From positions 2,265,457 through 2,329,456 of the forward strand of contig NC_068997.1 in assembly GCF_001194135.2 (NCBI RefSeq): DNA of 64,000 nt. The letters are read 5' to 3'. The position numbers were made by a program, and so were the translations under genes. The notes below the pieces were generated by a model, which worked only from the letters and a program-made list of their open reading frames with translations, did not search any database and was not told where the DNA came from. This document shows, piece after piece, positions 49,348 through 60,867 of the stretch. How positions within the stretch are numbered: position 1 is the first letter of the stretch; each line of letters opens with the position of its first letter. This DNA is from Octopus bimaculoides (taxonomy: Eukaryota).

Positions 49348-50225
49348 TATATATGGAGAGAAAGATACAAACATACATATTTATATATATACATACATAT
49401 ATATATATATATACATACATATATATANNNNNNNNNNNNNNNNNNNNNNNNNNNNNNNNNNNNNNNNNNNNNNNNNNNNNATATATATATATATATATTA
49501 GATAGATAGATAGATACCTATGTATGCCTCTCTATATATATTCCTTCGCAGCTGCTTATTGATTCTATTGATTCCCCAGTCACTCTCCCTTCACTGCATC
49601 TATTCAGGCTGACAAAAACATAAATTTGTGTTTTTGTCATCTGAGTGAATGCACACAGGCAAGAATATTTCCTCAACCAATAAACTCTACAAAACGAATT
49701 GAGTACTTTTTCTCTTGCTCTTACACCCGAAGATTGTGTCTGTGTATGCTTGTGTGTGTGTGTGTGTGTGTGTGTGTGTCAGTGCTTGTGTTTGCGAGTG
49801 CATGTATCTGCTAAGATGGCTTGTGGTTGGTGAATAAAGGTTCATGAAGAATCAATCTGCTGCTGTCAATCGCCACCTCACTGATGACTGAGGAGACCAA
49901 CACTGGACAGAGATAGACTTCCATTGCACAAGAGATTCTCTCTTCGGTTCCGTGGTGCAGTCATTTTGCAGTCTTTGAAATTGCAACGCGTTTGCAGACG
50001 CATGTGTGTGTTGGTGAGAAAGACTCCACGACAATATAACCACCAGTAACTTTTAGGAGAGGGGTTGAATAGGTCATTACAATATTAAAGCCTTCCTGAA
50101 AAGCACTGATTGTAGAAGTGAAATAGTACTGACTAGAGATTGAATCTAGACTGCTGGTTCCACATTCTGGCAGTTTGCCTCACTGTCTCACCTTTCCACA
50201 TCACATCTCTCTCCATATTGAAGTG

Positions 50226-50596
50226 GAGGCGCAATGGCCCAGTGGTTAGGGCAGCGGACTCATGGTCATAGGATCGCAGTTTCGATTCCCAGACCGGGCG
50301 TTGTGTTTATTGAGCGAAAACACCTAAAGCTCCATGAGGCTCCGGCAGGGGATGATGGTGAACCCTGCTGTACTCCTTCACCACAACTTTCTCTCTCTTA
50401 CTTCCTGTTTCTGTTGTGCCTGTAATTCAAAGGGTCAGCTTTGTCACACTGTGTCACGCTGAATATCCCCGAGAACTACGTTAAGGGTACACGTGTCTGT
50501 GGAGTGCTCAGCCACTTGTACATTAATTTCACGAGCAGGCTGTTCCGTTGATCGGATCAACTGGAACCCTCGACGTTGTAAGCAATGGAGTGCCAA
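50226..50596 (+). mobile_element. Full-length tRNA-derived SINE family D
   Basis: A-box TGGCCCAGTGGTTAGGG, B-box GTTTCGATTCC; 13-bp TSD CCATATTGAA(G/A)TG at 50213-50225 and 50597-50609. Confidence 0.85.
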
Positions 50597-51017
50597 CCAT
50601 ATTGAAATGTTACATTTTGAATAATTATAGTCAGGTTTATCTTACTTTTTTATTAACTTTTTTCAGTCATTTGACATCAGTCATGCTGGAGCACTACCTT
50701 GATAGTTTTATTTAGTCAAATAAATCAACCCCAGGACCTTGTTTCTTAAGCTTATACATATTTTATCAATTCTTTTTGCCAAACTGCTAAGTTATGGGCA
50801 CGAAAACACACAAACACCAGTTGTCAAGCAATGGCAGTTGGACAAACACAGACACAAAGACACACACACACACACACATATATTTGATGGGCTACTTTCA
50901 GTTTCCATGTACCAGATGTACTCACGAGTCTTCAATAAGCCTAAGGTTTTAGTAGAAAACAGTTGTCCAATGTGCTATGCAATGGGGCTGAACCCAGAAC
51001 GATGATGATGATGATGA

Positions 51018-51061
<44 letters not shown>

Positions 51062-51131
51062 CCAAGGTTTCAAATTTGTACATTTAAAAAGAGAGAAATT
51101 CAACACCGTCGATTTTTTTCATTTATTTAAT

Positions 51132-51213
51132 ATCCGATGTCAACATTTCTGTGCTTGACTCTATCCAACCATCGATCTGTTGAATATTTAACGTCTCGCA
51201 TGTCATCAGGAAT
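51132..51213 (-). ncRNA. Type I hammerhead ribozyme motif with long stem II
   Basis: Minus strand reads ATTC-CTGATGA-(53 nt: TGC..GAC/GTC..GCA plus inner TATTCAAC/GTTGGATA)-GAA-ATG[TTGA]CAT-C-GGAT. The base of stem II is mismatched. Confidence 0.6.
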
Positions 51214-51217
51214 GGTT

Positions 51218-51280
<63 letters not shown>

Positions 51281-52989
51281 ATTGGATTCTTCAGTAATAG
51301 TGGAAGTAGCAATTGTGTTGGTGATGATTATGGTGGAGATTGATATTAATGACAAGGTAGAGTGGTGGTGGTGGTGGTGGTGATGCGCCACAAAGTGCCA
51401 TGGGCAAATTTATGCCAAAGCTGTGCTGGAATTATTAGAAAACAAATTGTGTGAGTGACACTGTGTGTGCGTGTGTGTGAGAGAGAGAGAGAGGAGAGGG
51501 AAGAGACAGGAGACGATGAGAAAAGTGAAAAGGATCGACAGAGAGAGAGTGATAAAGAGAGAAAAGTCATGTTATATGAGAGGAGAGAGACAGAAGACGA
51601 AGAGAGGGGGGAAAAACCAACAGAGAGAGAAAGGGAGAAAGAGAAATGTTGAGGAGAGGGAGGAGGAAGAGAAAAGTGAAAGTGATCTGGAGAGAGAAAG
51701 TGAGGGAGAGAGAGAGAGAAGGAGAAAGTGAAAAATGATCAACAGAGAGAAAGAGAGACAGAAATGTATAGGAGAGGAAAGAGAAAAAAGAAGAGAATAG
51801 AAAAGTGAAAGAAATTAAAAGATCGAAGGAGAGGGAGAGAGAGGGAGGAAAGAGAGGAGAGATGATATAGAATTATAAAATAACCATAACTGCAATAACA
51901 ACAACAGCTTTGATATTAAGACTTAAAATGAAGACAGGAATATAAAAGCAAGGTGTATAAAATACATCATAGCGACACGTTGTTGTTGCTGTTGTTGTTG
52001 GTGGTGGTTTGATAGAGTTGAGAAGGTTTAACGAAGACGTGTGTCTGTGTGTGTGCGCATAAAGCCTCGTCAGTTTTAATGACGGTTTAACTACATGAAT
52101 CATTATCATTATCATAACTACCATCGTATGTGAGACCATCATCATCATCATCATTATCATCATCGTCGTCATCATCATCATCATCATCATCAATGCTGAT
52201 AAAAAAAAATATCGTTATCATCAATGAAGTATCATCACCGTCATCATTACTCTGCTTTAACCCTCATTGTTACGAGTGTCATCATTAATAAACGAGTGAA
52301 ACAACAGTGTCATAAAACCGTCATCATCATCATTGTCATCATCATTCCTAGGACCACCACCACCTCCTGTAATAACCAATCTTCTACTTGATATTTTAAA
52401 ACTAACTTCAACCTCCCCCACTAACTGTATTTTCATTAACTTTGATTCTATAAATTACAGACCCCAAAATAATGAATAGGGGCTGCCTTCTGGCTGGTTT
52501 TAGAACCTTGCTGTCTGGATAGAAGCATACTATTTAGTTACGGGGGGGGGGGGTCAACTCCCGCCCACCCGTACAGTGATAGAGGGGGTTCCATTTGTTG
52601 TTTGTGAACATTGACAGCAGGTGAGATGAGAGATGGTGGGGGTATGAGTGATAAGGTGGACTTATTGGAATGGGGAGATCGCTGGAGTGCGGGGGTGGGG
52701 AGACAGAGGGCACATGTAGAGTAATGAGGCTGGGAGGGGGCAAGAATAATGGTGATGGTAAGGGGGGAGGTGTATGGAGAGGTATGAGTAATAGAGAGAT
52801 AACTGAAATGAACATGGAAGAGGAATGTGGGCCAGGTGATCATCAGGTATATTAAGAGGAATGTGAGGAGAGGCAGCAAATATAGGCTGGGAAGGACAAA
52901 CACACACACACGCACACACACATGCCTCAAATTTTATCACAACTCTCGTTTCAACATGCTGCACTGACGGTGGCCAGGTTTTCTGCAGC

Positions 52990-53450
52990 ACTGTGTATCA
53001 TCAATAAAGATGATCCTTTGACTCCTCTGTGAAAAGATGCTGCATCTCACAGATGCAACATCATCAGGTTAGCCCTCACCACCTTGTCCAAAGTTTTTCT
53101 TGATCTTCTTTGTCTACAGCAGACAGCACTTCCATATGCAGCAATCAACTTCCATATGCATCACAAGTCCATACCAAAACAGTGTTCTCTCTTGCATCTG
53201 ATTCTCTTTATAACCAAAATTTCTCTAAGCTTATTTGTACTCTGATGTTCATGTACACAAACATTGTGCATCCACTGAAGCATGTCTGCTGCATTTCTTT
53301 GTAGTTTTCAAAACTTCTGTACATTCATTCAAAACCCTTGTCTCACTACCATGCAACTTGGCTTTTCTAACACAAGCATCATACAACCTGCTCTTATCTC
53401 TGGAAGACAAGACATTTTTTTGCCAACAGAAGTAACAGTTCCCTGAACTT
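52990..53450 (-). mobile_element. RTE-type LINE ORF2 3' fragment
   Basis: RLYDACVRKAKLHGSET motif. Confidence 0.7.
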
Positions 53451-53469
53451 TTTACTGCATGTCTCCTCC

Positions 53470-53888
53470 ATTGGACACAAACCTCGGCTTGTGAAGACAT
53501 GTTGGGGCAAGCGAAAGTGAAATCGTGATGGCACCTGTGCCCAGCATCGCTTTCCTGGCACTCGTACCAGTGGCACGTGTAAAGACATTCGAGTGAGATC
53601 GTTGCCAGTACCGCTGGACTGGCTCCAGTGCAGGTGGCACATAAAATACACCATTTTGAGCGTGGCCATTGCCAGTACCACCTGACTGGCCTTCGTGCTG
53701 GTGACACGTAAAAGCACCTACTACACTCTCTGAGTGGTTGGCATTAGGAAGAGCATCCAGCTGTAGAAACTCTGCCAAATCAGATTGGAGCCTGGTGTAG
53801 CCATCTGGTTTCACCAGTCCTCAGTCAAATCGTCCAACCCATGCTAGCATGGAAAGCAGACGTTAAACGCTGATGATGATGATGACGA
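53470..53888 (+). mobile_element. RTE-type LINE 3' UTR copy with modules and (GAT)n tail
   Basis: GGCACGTAAAAGCACC modules, GGAAGAGCATCCAGCTGTAGAAAC, and GACGTTAAACG(C)TGATGAT. Confidence 0.75.
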
Positions 53889-56800
53889 TGTTCTTACTTT
53901 GGCTACTATACTTTCAGAGCTACACCATCCCCCTACTAATTTTGTTTCCTTGGTTACAAAAGTGAGCTATCCAGTCATTTAAGAGAAACAATTTCTGGTA
54001 TGCTGTTAATGCTTATTGCTCAAGAGCATCTACTCTGAGGTAGAATATTTTGACCTGGTACAACTAGTTTCAATGCTAAAGTGTATAAACGATCCTCACA
54101 AGACATATGTCTACACCTAATTTTCTTAGTAACTACCAAATTACTAAGAGTGGCCTTCTGTTAAAGATTTCTAAGTCACTGAATCTTAGATACAGTGGCT
54201 GACTCTTAGCTAAGTACATACTTTGCCTGCAGTTGTTCTATTAGGAAGATGTCATCTGTGGTATCTCTGCCAGGTACTAAGTTAGATGAACTGCATCCCA
54301 TGAAGGCTAATTTAGTCCCTAATCGTTTGTGCTTTGAATCATTCTTTGATCATCATAGCCTGGTTTAGTAATTTGATTCTTCTTTAGTGCCGTGTAGCAC
54401 CTTATAGAGATACTCCTATATCAGTCATTAATTATGACACTTTCCTAAATTATGTAATTAACTATTTGGATGATTAGCATGTGCCCTACGTTGCCAGATA
54501 TCCTGAGTATCTCATTAACTATTCTTGATGGACCAACAGTTTTTCAATACTTCTATATCTTTAATTTCTCTATCTGCTCTACCATACAAACATAAAACTA
54601 AGTGCCATACGGCAGTATTGAACTTGAAACTATAAGATCACATAATGAACATATTACCTACCCAGCTACAAAAGATATATTATCAAGTATGGCAAAGTTG
54701 ATCATTTTGATCCAATAAGTGGAATCGTTAAATAATATAAGATTCTTCCTTTTTTTTTACCCCATTTAATATACTACTTTTTTAAAGAATTTTTCTGATC
54801 TTTTATTTACCAATTCTCCACTAAAATATCTTCTGTGAACTTTCATTATTTTTTCTTTCTTCTTCAAAATATTACTTTCCTCCTTTGATTTCTGCTGTAG
54901 CTCACAGAAAATTGATCAGTCAAAAAAAAAAACATAGTAAGTTATTAAGCTATTTTCGAACTAATTATTTTCAAAATTAAACACAGATGTCTTCCCAGCT
55001 GCACCACACCCTATCATCACCGATTCCTTTTACTTTTGAAATTCAGACCTATTTTCGCTCCATTCCATTCCATCACCACCCACTACAAGGAACTTTTTGG
55101 CAAAAACAAAAGTTTCATACAACATACAATACAAATATATAATTATATAAACCCGCATATATACAGATGTGTGTGTGTGTGTGTGTGTTTGTGAGTGTAA
55201 GATAGATACACATACAAGTGTGTGTATACATGTACATATATGTATGTGTGTATGTACGTATACTCCGGTATGTGCAAGCATGTGTATATGTGTGTACACA
55301 AAACACACCTATACATTACTTGGTACAAAAATTCTATGTAAATATATACACCCATAAACATGTATACATTGTGTATGTGTGTACATAAAATATAGACTTA
55401 ATAATAAATACTTAAAAAAACAGTAACTCTATTACAGCAACAAAGAATTTTCAATGAATCATTTCAAAATGGAATAATGGATGTCATAAAAAAAGGTAAG
55501 CATTTCTTTTACCAACAAAGAATTTTTTTGTTTTTCAGGAATAATTTGCAGAAAAAAAAAATGAAAACTAAATAAATATTGATATATATACTCTTTAAAT
55601 TTAGTTTTGAGCTCATTAAGGTAGTATATAGTATAGTGCCACATTATGTTTTACCATTATTGGTGGTGGTAGAGGGGGAGAGTGGCACAGTAGTGTGGTG
55701 GAGTGATGTTACATGATGTGTTACCATTAATTACGCCACTAGAATGGTGGAAGAGTAGTAAAGCATCAGCAGGTGTCCAAAATTCTCTATGTCCTGTGCT
55801 CAAATTCTGTCAAGACAACTATGCTTTCAGTCCATTGTGGAGGAGCAGTGCCATTTTAAAGAATCAGATGAGACGTTTCGGTGTATCTGTTGTGGCTCTC
55901 TGTCTTCTGGCAGTAACATCTATGACAACACTGGCACTAAGATGTACCAGTGCTTACTAGTCTTTTAGACAGCAACAACAATGTGGAGAAGGGACACTAT
56001 TGTTTTTTTATAAATACCTTTATTTAAGTTAGCACTTGTGACAAGAACAGTCCAGAGTAGATCTATTGTGATAGGACACATTCTGGGTTCAAATCTCAGT
56101 AAATCCCATAGGAACAGCCTAGAGTAGATCTATGACTATTACAAGACATACAGAGGTATAGGAGGATAAAGGGCAGCAGCTTGTCAGAGTCATTAGTGGG
56201 ATAGACAATATACTGGGATAAGACAGATTCTGGGTTCAAATCTCAGTAAATCCCATTTCTAAACTTCTCCCATACTGAGGTTGATAAAAGAAGAGCCAAT
56301 CTTCTACAAGTGTTGATTAAATAACACTATTTCTTCTGCTCATATTAGATGTCAGAAATATTGAGGGAAGTGAATGGAAGCAGCAGTTAAAATGCCATGT
56401 GGTACTGCATTGCATTTATCACCACCCTCTTCTTTCTCTTCCAACTGGGATAACCCTATATCTCCTCTGCAGAAACTCACCTATTCCTGACCCTCTATGA
56501 TACTCTATGGTCAGCGCAGAGGTGGCAGAATTGTTAACATACTGGGCAAAATGCTTAGCGCTATTTCATCCACCTTTATGTCCACTAACACCATCCCCTT
56601 AAACATTTTCTGCCTGAATAACAAACCATTCTTCTTCTAATTCTACTTCTTCTCCTCCTCCTCCTCCTCCTTCTTATTATTATTGCTATCATTATTGTTG
56701 TTGTTGTTGTTGTCCTTGCTATTGTTGCTGCTGCTGCAATATTGCCTTTTGCCCTTTTTTTTTCCTGTTTACTCATTCTAAGATTTATAATTAGTAAGTA

Positions 56801-57043
56801 ACGAGAAAACAACAGATAATTAACAAATGGAATTGATAGGGAAGATGGAAGAAGCAAAAACATGAGAAAAAAATAAAGACTTAGTAAACACACACACACA
56901 CACACATACACACAATCATATGCAGATGTATATACATACACACAGTTATATTAGAGACAAATATATACACGCACAACTATATAAATATATATTCACACAC
57001 ACATACAATTATATATAGACATACACACACACAATTATATAGA

Positions 57044-57085
<42 letters not shown>

Positions 57086-57488
57086 CAATTACATATAGAA
57101 GTGTATACACATACACAATTATATAACAACATGTATACACACATGCAATCATTTATAGACACAAAAGAAAAAATGGGATGAGATGATATTTAATTATGAT
57201 GAGATGTAAAAAACAATTTAAAGTCTTTATGAGAGAAGAAAAGAGTCTTTTAATGGAATGGCAAATGTAAAAAAAGAACAGCATGGAAATGATGAGGAGA
57301 CAAATAAATGGATGTACATCTAGGTAGACGTATGTAACTCTACCTGCCTATCTCTAAATGTATGTATGTGTGTTTGTGCGTACTTATATGTGTGTGTATG
57401 TGTGCGTGTGTGTAGGCATGAACGCATGTATATATTGATAGATAAAGAGATAGATTATCTTTACTTGCTGGTCTGTAGACAAGTGAAT

Positions 57489-57574
<86 letters not shown>

Positions 57575-58045
57575 GAGAGAAAGAGAGAGAGAATCACAGA
57601 TTCCTGTCTACACGATGGAAATAAAAAGATTTGAGTTCAAATGCAACCCACAAATACCACATCATTTTTACTTTCATTTTTCTATGTTGGTATTAGTTAG
57701 ACAGGTTACAATGAACAAAAACTATTCTCGACCACTTGTTGCAGGCCTTCTGTAATGCTCAACATCCTAAAACAGTGCCCCACAACCTTTTTGTTTCACT
57801 TGTGATACACTTATATTCTTTTCAAAATATAACTAAAAGTATAGGGAAGGAAACTGTATTCAGGTTACACTGCGGCACACTAAGCCTCATCGCATGGCAC
57901 ACTAGTGTGCTGTGGCATACCAATTGTGGTGCATTGTCTTAAAACTATGTGACTTTAAATTCTGGATTCAACTTTGTTTTCTTCCATTTTATCACTACCA
58001 TCATCATCATCTTTATTATTACAAGATCAATCCTCCCCACTTCCA

Positions 58046-58102
<57 letters not shown>

Positions 58103-58572
58103 NNNNNNNNNNNNNNNNNNNNNNNNNNNNNNNNNNNNNNNNNNNNNNNNNNNNNNNNNNNNNNNNNNNNNNNNNNNNNNNNNNNNNNNNNNNNNNNNNN
58201 NNNNNNNNNNNNNNNNNNNNNNNNNNNNNNNNNNNNNNNNNNNNNNNNNNNNNNNNNNNNNNNNNNNNNNNNNNNNNNNNNNNNNNNNNNNNNNNNNNNN
58301 NNNNNNNNNNNNNNNNNNNNNNNNNNNNNNNNNNNNNNNNNNNNNNNNNNNNNNNNNNNNNNNNNNNNNNNNNNNNNNNNNNNNNNNNNNNNNNNNNNNN
58401 NNNNNNNNNNNNNNNNNNNNNNNNNNNNNNNNNNNNNNNNNNNNNNNNNNNNNNNNNNNNNNNNNNNNNNNNNNNNNNNNNNNNNNNNNNNNNNNNNNNN
58501 NNNNNNNNNNNNNNNNNNNNNNNNNNNNNNNNNNNNNNNNNNNNNNNNNNNNNNNNNNNNNNNNNNNNNNNN

Positions 58573-58614
<42 letters not shown>

Positions 58615-58615
<1 letters not shown>

Positions 58616-58870
58616 CATCTTGAGAGAAAAGTTATGCATAAGAGGAATCAGTTGTAGTGTGCAAGAGAGACGATTGCGCTGGTATGGTCATGTGATGTGC
58701 ATGAACAAGGACAGCTGTGTAAAGATGTGCCAATCTCTAACTGTGGAGGGAACCTGTGGTAGAGACAGACCCAGGAAGATGTGAGACTCGGTTCTGAAGC
58801 ATGATCTTCAAACTTTGAGCCTCACCGAGGCAATGACTGGTGACCAAGATCTTTGGCGACACACCAGCAT
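58615..58870 (+). mobile_element. RTE-type LINE ORF2 C-terminal fragment
   Basis: LREKLCIRGISCSVQERRLRWYGHVMCM..VEGTCGRDRPRK. Confidence 0.8.
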
Positions 58871-59126
58871 CTTAAAAAACACATACAAAAGATTGCAGAC
58901 TTTGCTATGTAAAAAGACAGGATGGGCATGGGTGGAATATCTTTGATTGCAAGTTTGTTCAAGTCAGGCTGACCTGGAGTTGAACAGCAATAAACAGCCA
59001 CAGACACACATGGCATCCCCACAGTCAACACATAGCTGTAGCAACGGTAGTGGTGGTGGTGGTGATGGTAGTGGTAGTAGTAGTAGTAGTAGTAGTAGTA
59101 GAAGAAAAAGAATGTGAACTGCTTAC

Positions 59127-59221
59127 CCGTTTTGCCAGCTCCACTTTCGCCTGAGATGATGATACATTGATCCAAGTTACGATCTCTCATTGATCGGTAG
59201 GCATAGTCTGTTATTGCATAT
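59127..59221 (-). CDS. MYO1B: Myosin I exon containing the P-loop ([31 protein letters not shown])
   Basis: 95 nt; acceptor ctttcacag, donor gtaagc. The last G joins AG of the next exon to encode Glu. Confidence 0.95.
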
Positions 59222-59435
59222 CTGTGAAAGAGATATAGAGACAGTTAGATAGATATGTATATGTATATATATATGTATGTCTGTGCACACACGTGTATGT
59301 GTGTGTCTGTTATTGCATGTGGGATATATATATATGGAGAGAGTGAGAGAGAAATATATAGAAAGGTAGGTGTATATGTATATATGTTCATATATATATA
59401 CAATATAATCTGTTATTATATATCTGTCGGATATA

Positions 59436-60696
59436 TAGGGGGTGGACAAAATAACAGAAATACCTTAAAATTTCAAACAAATTAATTTTAATATGGAGTA
59501 GGACCACCTTTGGCAGTAATTACAGCCTGAATTCTATGAGGTATGGTCTCGTACAAAGTTTGAATTGTTTCCAAAGGAATTTTTGTCAATTCTTCAGCTA
59601 AAACAGTCTCCAGTTCTTGTAGTAATGATAGCAGGAGATATTGACTCCTTACTTGTTTTTCTAAAATGCACCATAAATGTTCAGTAATATTGAGATCTGG
59701 GGACTGTGGTGGCCAGATAAAATGTTCAACTTCACTAGAATGTTCCTTGTGCCATTCAGTAACAATTTTAACTGTGTGAATTGATGCATTATCATCCTGA
59801 AAGATTGCGCTTCCCTCCAGAAACAGTTCCACAACCATAGGATGAATTTGATCAGATAAAATGCTTAAATAGTCTTGACTATTAATTCTGCCATGAAGGG
59901 AAACCATTGGGCTGGTGGATTTCCAAGATATAGCCCTCCAAGATCATCATAGATCGATCCTCCTCCATGTTTAACAGTTGGAAGAAGGCAGTCTGGGTCA
60001 AATGCTTCTTTTGGCTGTCTCCACACGTATACTCAGCCGGTGGTCGGAAATAAGATGAAGGATAACTCGTCTGAGAAAATAACATTCTTCCACTGCTCTA
60101 GGGACCAATTCTGTAGGTTTTTTACTCCACTCTAAATGCTTTGCAACGTTTGTTTTAAAAGTAGTGGTTTCCTGATTGCAGCCCTCCTGTGAAATCCGGC
60201 TTTGTGCAGCTCCTGGTAAACAGTTTTTGGGAAACTGGGTCCTTGAGGAGGTCATTAAACTCTGCAGTAATTTTGGGAGGTATACTTTTGTGATCCTTTC
60301 TAACAATTCGCATAAGAATCCAACGGTCCCTATCTGAAAGTTTTGGTTTTCTTCTGGAGTTTTATTTCGACGAGGAGGTTTTTCCCTCTTTCTCAAAAGC
60401 TGTCATTACTTTCGAGACAGTACTTCCTGATACACCAAACATTTCGGCTGTTTTCGTAATAGTAGCACCTGCTAAATGAGCACCAACAATTTGATCACTT
60501 AGAAAGTGTGATAGGTCTGTCACTTTAATGAATTTTAATTACCTTTTTCTGACAATATCTGAAAAGAAACAGCAATTTTAGCAACACTATCAATAAATCA
60601 AAAAACATAAAAATAAACAAGCTTTTGATGGTTTTATAGATATTTCAAAATTATGATGCTATGATGCGAGGTGTTTTCATTATTTTGTCCAACCCC

Positions 60697-60698
<2 letters not shown>
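59436..60698 (-). mobile_element. Tc1-family transposon with DD36E catalytic spacing, frameshifted
   Basis: TIRs CAGGGGTTGGACAAAATAA / TTATTTTGTCCACCCCCTA; motifs VIFSDE and TVKHGGGS; FQDDNASIH...WPPQSPDLNITEHLW with 36 residues between D and E. Confidence 0.88.
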
Positions 60699-60738
<40 letters not shown>

Positions 60739-60828
60739 CAGAGAGGAGAGTAGAGAAAGAGAGAGAGAGAAAAATGCAAATAAACTCACTTGGGTTTGCT
60801 ATATACAATATACTTATATGCATATACA

Positions 60829-60867
<39 letters not shown>

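Larger units (their letters stand above)
2925..59221 (-). other. MYO1B: Partial gene span of a class I unconventional myosin (MYO1A/B-like), 4 motor-domain exons
   Basis: The exons splice in frame to (I)[103 protein letters not shown](Y). This includes the P-loop GESGAGKT and switch I [9 protein letters not shown]. The [14 protein letters not shown] segment matches MYO1A/B as recalled; the exact orthologue is unverified. Confidence 0.9.

Noticed and set aside
52030-52080. Minus-strand CTGACGA-GGC-TTTAT-GCG...ACACGTC
   Set aside because: It may be a hammerhead relic disrupted by a CA repeat, but GAAA is missing and it cannot be supported.
53036-53064. 12-bp hairpin GATGCTGCATCT/AGATGCAACATC
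   Set aside because: Isolated local inverted duplication in a decayed LINE; its neighbours are in the wrong order for a ribozyme.
55865-55970. Minus-strand CCGAAACGTC with an upstream CAGAAGA and a 10-bp hairpin
   Set aside because: The elements do not assemble into one hammerhead topology.
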